Shown here one piece after another: positions 53,599 to 64,000 of a stretch of DNA of 64,000 bases. Origin of the DNA: an uncultured Collinsella sp. (lineage in GTDB: Bacteria; Actinomycetota; Coriobacteriia; Coriobacteriales; Coriobacteriaceae); the NCBI GenBank assembly GCA_963558435.1, contig CAUWGM010000010.1, positions 1,432 to 65,431 of the forward strand, given 5' to 3'. Each line of letters begins with the position of its first letter. The first letter of the stretch is position 1. A program made the translations under genes and the position numbers. Under the pieces are notes generated by a model. It saw only the letters and a program-made list of their open reading frames with translations, searched no databases and had not been told where the DNA came from.

Positions 53599-55701
53599 TT
53601 AGTTGCCGTTCTTGCTCATGACCTCATCCGTGATGGACTTGGGCGCGGGCTCGTAAGAGTCGAACTGCATCGTGTAGGATGCACGGCCCTGGGTCTGGGA
53701 ACGAAGGTCGGTAGCATAGCCGAACATCTCGCCCAGCGGCACCTTGGCGCGGATAATCTTGCTGCCAGCACGATCGTCCATGCCCTCGATCTTGCCACGG
53801 CGACCGGAGAGGTTGCCCATGACGTCGCCCATGTACTGCTCGGGGGTCTCAACCTCGACGGACATGTAGGGCTCGAGGAGGATCGGGTCGGACTTCTTGA
53901 GAGCGTCCTTGATAGCCATGGAACCGGCAATCTTGAACGCGGCCTCGGAGGAGTCGACCTCGTGGTAGGAACCGTCGAACAGGGTGACCTTGACGTCGAC
54001 GACCGGGTAGCCGGCGATGACGCCGGTGTTCAGCGCCTCCTGGATGCCCTTATCGATGGACGGGATGTAGTCCTTGGGTACGACGCCGCCGACGATGGCG
54101 TTGACGAACTCGTAGCCGAAGCCCTCTTCCATCTTCTCGAGCTTGATGACGGCGTGGCCGTACTGACCGCGACCACCGGACTGGCGGACGAACTTGCCCT
54201 CGGCCTTCTCGACGTCGTGGCCAGGAGCCTCGCGGTAGGCAACCTGGGGCTTACCCACGTTAGCCTCGACCTTGAACTCGCGGAGCAGGCGGTCGACAAT
54301 GATCTCGAGGTGCAGCTCGCCCATGCCGGCGATGATGGTCTGACCGGTCTCGTGGTTGGTGGACACCTGGAAGGTCGGGTCCTCCTCGGCGAGCTTGGTC
54401 AGAGCGATGGACATCTTGTCCTGCTCGGCCTTGGACTTGGGCTCGATGGCGATGTCGATAACGGGCTTGGCGAACTCGATCTGCTCGAGGATGATCTCCT
54501 TGCCCTCCTCGCACAGGGTGTCACCGGTGGTGGTGTTCTTGAGGCCCACGGCTGCGAGGATGTCGCCAGCGGAAGCGCCGTCGACGTCAACGCGGTCGTT
54601 CGCGTTCATCTCGAGGATGCGGCCAAAACGCTCGCGGCTGCCGGAGGTGGCGTTGGCGACGTAAGAACCGGCATCCACGTGACCGGAGTACACGCGGAAG
54701 AAGGTGAGCTTACCAACAAAGGGGTCGGTAGCGATCTTGAAGGCGAGCGCCGAGAACGGAGCGTCAGCGGAAGCCTCGCGGGTCTCGGTCTCACCGGTCT
54801 TGGGGTTGGTGCCCTCAACAGCGGGAACATCCAGCGGGCTGGGCAGGTAGTCGACAACAGCGTCGAGAAGCTCCTGAACACCCTTGTTCTTGTAGGCGGA
54901 GCCGACCAGAACGGGGTTGAGCTCGTTAGCAAGGGTGCCCTTACGGATGGCGGCCTTGAGCATGTCGACGGGGATCTCCTCGTCCTCAAGAACCATCATC
55001 ATGAGCTCGTCATCGTAGTTCGCGGCGGCGTCGAGCAGCTCAGCGCGCTTCTCGGCGGCAACGTCGGCGAACTCAGCGGGGATCTCGTCCATGGGCTCGG
55101 GGTAGGTCATGCCCTTATCGTCGGGCTTGAAGTCCCAAGCGGTCATGGTGACCAGGTCGATAACGCCCCAGAACTGATCCTCTGCGCCCATGGGAACCTG
55201 GATGGCCACGGCGTTGGCGTTGAGGCGATCCTTCATGGTCTGGATGGCGTTGAAGAAGTCGGCGCCCACGCGGTCATACTTGTTGATGAAGGCGATGCGG
55301 GGGACGTTGAAGTTGCGGGCCTGGCGCCACACGGTCTCGGACTGGGGCTGAACGCCGGCGACGGCGTCGAACACGGCGACGGCACCGTCGAGAACGCGCA
55401 GGGAGCGCTCGACCTCAGCGGTGAAGTCAACGTGGCCCGGGGTGTCGATGATCTGGATGCGGTAGGACTTGTCATCCTTGTGCCAGAAGCAAGTGGTAGC
55501 GGCGGACTGAATGGTAACGCCGCGCTCCTGCTCCTGAACCATCCAGTCCATGGTGGCAGCGCCCTCATGGGTCTCACCGATCTTGTGCTTCTTACCGGTG
55601 TAGTAAAGAATGCGCTCGGTAGTGGTGGTCTTACCAGCATCGATGTGGGCCATGATGCCGATGTTGCGGGTCTCGGAAAGCTTGTACTTGGGCTTAGCCA
55701 T
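53599..55701 (-). CDS. fusA: Elongation factor G
   Basis: [24 protein letters not shown]... Confidence 0.98.
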   Translation of the reverse strand: MAKPKYKLSETRNIGIMAHIDAGKTTTTERILYYTGKKHKIGETHEGAATMDWMVQEQERGVTIQSAATTCFWHKDDKSYRIQIIDTPGHVDFTAEVERSLRVLDGAVAVFDAVAGVQPQSETVWRQARNFNVPRIAFINKYDRVGADFFNAIQTMKDRLNANAVAIQVPMGAEDQFWGVIDLVTMTAWDFKPDDKGMTYPEPMDEIPAEFADVAAEKRAELLDAAANYDDELMMMVLEDEEIPVDMLKAAIRKGTLANELNPVLVGSAYKNKGVQELLDAVVDYLPSPLDVPAVEGTNPKTGETETREASADAPFSALAFKIATDPFVGKLTFFRVYSGHVDAGSYVANATSGSRERFGRILEMNANDRVDVDGASAGDILAAVGLKNTTTGDTLCEEGKEIILEQIEFAKPVIDIAIEPKSKAEQDKMSIALTKLAEEDPTFQVSTNHETGQTIIAGMGELHLEIIVDRLLREFKVEANVGKPQVAYREAPGHDVEKAEGKFVRQSGGRGQYGHAVIKLEKMEEGFGYEFVNAIVGGVVPKDYIPSIDKGIQEALNTGVIAGYPVVDVKVTLFDGSYHEVDSSEAAFKIAGSMAIKDALKKSDPILLEPYMSVEVETPEQYMGDVMGNLSGRRGKIEGMDDRAGSKIIRAKVPLGEMFGYATDLRSQTQGRASYTMQFDSYEPAPKSITDEVMSKNGN

Positions 55702-55722
55702 GAGTCAGTTCCTTCCTTGGAA

Positions 55723-56196
55723 TTACCAGCGGTAGTGAGAGAACGCGCGGTTGGCCTCGGCCATCTTGAAGACGTCCTCGCGCTTCTTCACGGAAGCGCC
55801 AACGCCGTTGGAGGCATCGAGAATCTCGTTAGCGAGACGCTCGGCCATGGTCTTCTCCTTGCGAGCACGCGAGAAGTTGACGATCCAGCGGATGGCGAGC
55901 TGGGTGGAGCGACGGGAGTTGACCTCCATCGGCACCTGGTAGGTAGCGCCACCAACACGCTTGGGCTTGACCTCGAGCGTGGGGCGGACGTTGTCCATGG
56001 CCTTCTTGAAGACGGCGAGGGCGTCACCCTCGGACTTGGCGGCCACGATGTCGAAGGCACCGTAGACGACGCGCTCGGCGGTAGCCTTCTTGCCGTCCAG
56101 AAGGACCTTGTTGATAAGCTGGGTCACGAGGCGGTTGTTGTAAACAGCATCCGGCATAACCTCGCGGCGATTATTCTTTGCTGCACGACGCGGCAT
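55723..56196 (-). CDS. rpsG: 30S ribosomal protein S7
   Basis: [37 protein letters not shown]... Confidence 0.97.
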   Translation of the reverse strand: MPRRAAKNNRREVMPDAVYNNRLVTQLINKVLLDGKKATAERVVYGAFDIVAAKSEGDALAVFKKAMDNVRPTLEVKPKRVGGATYQVPMEVNSRRSTQLAIRWIVNFSRARKEKTMAERLANEILDASNGVGASVKKREDVFKMAEANRAFSHYRW

Positions 56197-56244
56197 ATGA
56201 AATCTCCTCTATTCGTTGGATCAGGTGTAGTAGCTACTTTGAGA

Positions 56245-56616
56245 CTACTTCGGGCGCTTAGCGCCGTACTTGGAGCGGGACTGCTTACGGTTGTTCACCG
56301 GAGCGGAGTCGTAGGCGCCACGGATGACGTGATAACGAACACCGGGGAGGTCGCGAACACGGCCGCCGCGGATGAGGACGATGGAGTGCTCCTGGAGGTT
56401 GTGGCCCTCACCAGGAATGTATGCGGTGACCTCGATGCCGTTAACAAGACGGACACGGGCAACCTTACGAAGAGCCGAGTTCGGCTTCTTGGGGGAGGTG
56501 GTGAACACGCGGGTGCACACGCCGCGCTTCTGGGAGTTGTGCTGCAGAGCTGCGTTCTTGGACTTCTTGGGAACGGACTTACGGCCCTGGCGAACCAGCT
56601 GGTTGATAGTAGGCAA
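56245..56616 (-). CDS. rpsL: 30S ribosomal protein S12
   Basis: [20 protein letters not shown]... Confidence 0.97.
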   Translation of the reverse strand: MPTINQLVRQGRKSVPKKSKNAALQHNSQKRGVCTRVFTTSPKKPNSALRKVARVRLVNGIEVTAYIPGEGHNLQEHSIVLIRGGRVRDLPGVRYHVIRGAYDSAPVNNRKQSRSKYGAKRPK

Positions 56617-56878
56617 AACGTACTCCTTCTTCGTGATGATTCCAGCTTTTTCCTAAGTGCAACGGCTTGAATCGAGGCGTCAGCATCCGCCTACGAAACA
56701 CGCAAGTGGATAGATTACGAGGTCAGACGTGGCATGTCAACAGACCACGCGCCCAGGCGTATCCTCATATCCCTCGGATAGCGCGGAATCTCCACAAAGC
56801 AAGGGACCCCCGAGCCCCGATGGGCTCGAAGGTCCCTCTCGATCAGGTGGTTCGCCCAGCCTTCATGCTAGCTTAGGG

Positions 56879-58789
56879 TTAGGCGACGTCCTTGTTGCGG
56901 CGACGCAGGGTGATGCCAACGCCGAGCGCGCCGGCACTGGCGCACAGCACGGTGGCGACCATGGCCGGATCGCCCGTCTGCGGCAGCGCACTCGGCTTGG
57001 TCGTCGGCTTCTGCTCGGGCTCGGGCTTGGGAGCGGGCTTCTTGACGAGTGCCTTGACCGCTGCCTCGATATCCGCGGCCATCTTGTCGACCTCGGCCTG
57101 CTTGTCGATCTTGTAACCGCGCTTGACGGCGGCGACGGCGTCCTTTACGGCCTGGGCGGTCTCGTCGGTGTAGATGGACAGGTCGGCAGGCACGGTCTTG
57201 AGCGCGGCATCCACCTTGGAGTAGTCGGCGTCGCGCTTCGCGAGAGCCTTCACGGCTTTCTTGATATCGTCAGCCATCTTGTCGACCTCGGCCTGCTTGT
57301 CGGCCTTGTAGCCGCGCTTGACGGCGGCGACGGCGTCCTTTACGGCCTGGGCGGTCTCGTCGGTGTAGATGGACAGGTCGGCAGGCACGGTCTTGAGCGC
57401 GGCATCCACCTTGGAGTAGTCGGCGTCGCGCTTCGCGAGAGCCTTCACGGCTTTCTTGATATCGTCAGCCATCTTGTCGACCTCGGCCTGCTTGTCGGCC
57501 TTGTAGCCGCGCTTCACGGCGGCAACGGCCTTCCTCACGGCCTGGGCGGTCTCATCCGTGTAGATGGAGAGGTCCTCGGGCACGGTGGCCAGGGCGGCAT
57601 CGACGGCGGCGTAGTCAGCCGGCTTGGGCATGTACTGCTCGTGCTTGGCCGAGAACTTGTCCATCAGCTCGAAGATGCGGTCCATATCATGCGGCTTGGA
57701 GGGCTCGTCGCACCAGACGCACTGCATGCTGCCGATGGTCTTAATGGGGCCGCTCGCGCCCGTCACCTCGTTGAACCCCTTGGAGGCGATGTTCTTCACC
57801 GCGTTGTTGAAGTGGTAGCCGCCGGAGTCGATGTGGCCGAGCACCCAGTACCACGCGTCGTTGGTGTTCAGGATGTCGAGGCCCTGCTGCTGCAGGAACT
57901 CGGGCTTGGCGACGTTGAAGCCCCACCAGCCGGAGGTCCAGTAGGACACGGTGAGGTCCTGGTCGAACGTCCCGAAGTTCGTCTTGCGGTTGTAGTAGAT
58001 GCCGTCGTTGAAGCAGACGGGCTTCATGCCGACGGACTTGATGAGGCCGGACACGTGGTTGGCGTACTCGACGAAGTTCCTGTACGCGCCGTTGCTCTGG
58101 ATCTCGCCCCAGCCGGGGTTGGTGAAGACGTCGTTGGCGAACTCGTCGGCGCCGAAGTTGAAGTACTCCGAGACGCCCTTCTCACCGAAGTAGGAGATGT
58201 ACTTCTGCAGCACGGCGTACAGGAAGTTCACGGCCTCGTCGTTGGTGATGTCGACGGTGCGCTTGGAGACCTTGCTGCCGTTCGTGTAGGCGGCGTTCTG
58301 GATGCCGAGCTCCTTCATGGCGACCAGCAGCGCGTCCATGTGACCCGGGCTGTTGATGACCGGCACGATGCCAATCCCCTTCAACTTTGCGTAGGAGATG
58401 ATATCGTCCATCTCCGTCTCGGTGAGCGCGTTGCCGTTGGGATCCTTGTAGTACTCGTCGTTGCCGGCGGTGAGGGCGGCCTTGACGGCATCGCTCTCGT
58501 AGACCCTACCATCGGTCTCGATCGACATGTCGTCCAGGAAGAAGCGCATGCCGTCGTTTGCGAGGATGAGCTGGACGTCGGTGTAGCCGTTCTTCGCAGC
58601 GTGATCGATGATCTGCTTGAGCTGATCGGCAGAGAAATACTTGCGTCCAGCGTCGATCGAGAAGATGCTATGAACGCCCACTGCCGCTCGGGCCTGAACC
58701 GGCAAGCTCACGACGCAAGCCATAGCAAGCGCAAGCGCAAAGACACCCCCCCCCAGCGCACGTTTTAGAACCTGCTTTGTATTCATCAC
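56879..58789 (-). CDS. Cell-wall-anchored GH20 beta-N-acetylhexosaminidase-like protein with 3 x 65-aa repeats and LPQTG
   Basis: Signal peptide, SIDAGRKYF, NSPGHMDA, FNFGADEF (D-E catalytic pair context), 3 repeats (ADYSKVDAALKTVPADLSIYTDETAQAVKDAV...), LPQTG plus TM plus RRRNK. An ATG at 58786 is an alternative start. Confidence 0.8.
   Translation of the reverse strand: MMNTKQVLKRALGGGVFALALAMACVVSLPVQARAAVGVHSIFSIDAGRKYFSADQLKQIIDHAAKNGYTDVQLILANDGMRFFLDDMSIETDGRVYESDAVKAALTAGNDEYYKDPNGNALTETEMDDIISYAKLKGIGIVPVINSPGHMDALLVAMKELGIQNAAYTNGSKVSKRTVDITNDEAVNFLYAVLQKYISYFGEKGVSEYFNFGADEFANDVFTNPGWGEIQSNGAYRNFVEYANHVSGLIKSVGMKPVCFNDGIYYNRKTNFGTFDQDLTVSYWTSGWWGFNVAKPEFLQQQGLDILNTNDAWYWVLGHIDSGGYHFNNAVKNIASKGFNEVTGASGPIKTIGSMQCVWCDEPSKPHDMDRIFELMDKFSAKHEQYMPKPADYAAVDAALATVPEDLSIYTDETAQAVRKAVAAVKRGYKADKQAEVDKMADDIKKAVKALAKRDADYSKVDAALKTVPADLSIYTDETAQAVKDAVAAVKRGYKADKQAEVDKMADDIKKAVKALAKRDADYSKVDAALKTVPADLSIYTDETAQAVKDAVAAVKRGYKIDKQAEVDKMAADIEAAVKALVKKPAPKPEPEQKPTTKPSALPQTGDPAMVATVLCASAGALGVGITLRRRNKDVA
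57040..57625. repeat. 195-bp tandem repeat x3 inside the GH20 gene
   Basis: Period confirmed at 57161 versus 57356. The two central copies are near-identical at DNA level. Confidence 0.8.
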
Positions 58790-58952
58790 ATTGACTCCTA
58801 TCTCCTAGCGAATAAATACATGAAACATTATAGGCAAAACATGAAACATTATAGGCAAACTAATGCAGGGCAACAATGTGCTCGATACCTATCAAGTTTT
58901 GCATAGCGAGACGGGAAACGGGTCGCGACCGAGTCCCTGACTAACGCGATGG

Positions 58953-59120
58953 CTATTTGGACGATTTGCCAGAAGACGCCTTTTTGCGACCAGGGCGACC
59001 CGTCAGCGCCTGGACGCGCGTCTTCGACCCGCGGTGGTTGAGCTTGTACATGCCGGCGCCCATGACGCCCGCGATGACGATGACGAAAACCCAGAAAAGC
59101 TGCTCTCCCAGTTGCTGCAT
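58953..59120 (-). CDS. 55-aa small membrane protein
   Basis: Below the track cutoff. MQQLGEQLFWVFVIVIAGVMGAGMYKLNHRGSKTRVQALTGRPGRKKASSGKSSK. Weak RBS. Confidence 0.35.
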   Translation of the reverse strand: MQQLGEQLFWVFVIVIAGVMGAGMYKLNHRGSKTRVQALTGRPGRKKASSGKSSK

Positions 59121-59159
59121 GACCACGTCCACGGCCGCACTCCCCTACCTCGTGATTTT

Positions 59160-59181
59160 ACGTGGGACATTATACCCACGT
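59160..59181 (-). promoter_or_regulatory. TATAAT (-10) embedded in a 7-bp inverted repeat (ACGTGGG / CCCACGT)
   Basis: The minus-strand TATAAT is the complement of 59169-59174, ~49 nt upstream of the small ORF's ATG. Confidence 0.3.
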
Positions 59182-59187
59182 ACGCAA

Positions 59188-59221
59188 GAGGACCCGCCGC
59201 CCTTTCGGAAAGCGGGTCCTC
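59188..59221 (-). terminator. 10-bp-stem hairpin after the rpoC stop, no strong U tract
   Basis: GAGGACCCGC-N14-GCGGGTCCTC, 26 nt downstream of the rpoC stop. Confidence 0.4.
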
Positions 59222-59246
59222 GCAAGATCGCTATCGCGAACCGGCG

Positions 59247-63737
<4,491 letters not shown>

Positions 63738-63742
63738 AGTGT

Positions 63743-64000
63743 CTACTCCTTATCAGTGGTAGAAGCGGTGAGCTCGCCGATCAGTGCCTCGGCGGCGTCG
63801 GCGGACGTGTCGGCTTCGTCGATGGAGGGCAGGACGTCGGATGCGCCGAGCATCTCCTCGGCATCCTCGACGACCTCGGGCTCGGGCTCGTGCGACCGCA
63901 AGGGCTCGATATCGAGGGCGAGCGAGCGGATCTCCTTCACGAGAACCTTGAAAGACTCGGGGATGCCCGCCATGGGAACGTTGTCGCCCTTCACGATGGA
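63743..64000 (-). CDS. rpoB: RNA polymerase beta subunit, C-terminal end only (5' part outside the window)
   Basis: ...[29 protein letters not shown] followed by an acidic tail. The frame is open to the window edge. Confidence 0.9.
   Translation of the reverse strand, partial: SIVKGDNVPMAGIPESFKVLVKEIRSLALDIEPLRSHEPEPEVVEDAEEMLGASDVLPSIDEADTSADAAEALIGELTASTTDKE

Noticed and set aside
53506-56670. 1054-aa ORF on the plus strand
   Set aside because: It is antisense to fusA, rpsG and rpsL, which are unambiguous. Its low-complexity Gly/Val/Leu/Asp-rich translation is typical of GC-rich antisense frames.

Overview
High-GC chromosomal window; gene content (rpoB/rpoC, fusA, parE/parC, LPXTG-anchored GH20) suggests Actinomycetota, possibly Coriobacteriia, but this taxonomic guess is weak. 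It has four parts. (1) 1-24 kb is a defence/toxin-antitoxin island. It holds a TacA/TacT-like pair, a toxin relic with a frameshifted immunity-like gene, Phd-RelE/ParE, and a Type I R-M locus whose hsdS is a multi-cassette invertible shufflon with its own tyrosine recombinase. It also holds an RHH plus GIY-YIG/DUF4357 pair coupled to an unusually long hsdM, a decayed Fic gene, an uncharacterised two-gene module, McrBC, and two tandem metallophosphoesterases. (2) 24.2-28.6 kb carries a type IIA topoisomerase pair (parE/parC-like). (3) 29.1-41.1 kb is a ~12-kb integrative island inserted in the last codons of guaA. It is flanked by an 11-bp direct repeat, and the ancestral guaA terminator is displaced to the far end. 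Its cargo includes an AT-rich caspase-like protease + TIR-like two-gene operon, which is the best candidate for a novel or poorly described immune system in this window. Other cargo: XRE/Xis/Int, Abi_2, an orphan HEPN protein, a TetR-ABC module flanked by two small Cys-rich peptides, and a 4.4-kb segment bracketed by 174-bp perfect inverted repeats. (4) 41-64 kb is housekeeping: guaA, ansA, ychF, a def-like gene lacking the catalytic Glu, pfkA, a CDF transporter, rpsJ, fusA, rpsG, rpsL, rpoC with a long C-terminal extension, and the rpoB 3' end. This part is interrupted by hairpin-repeat arrays around a DUF559-like gene and by a cell-wall-anchored GH20 with 195-bp tandem repeats. No rRNA, tRNA or CRISPR array could be supported. 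Many long ORFs in the track are GC-driven antisense frames and were rejected.
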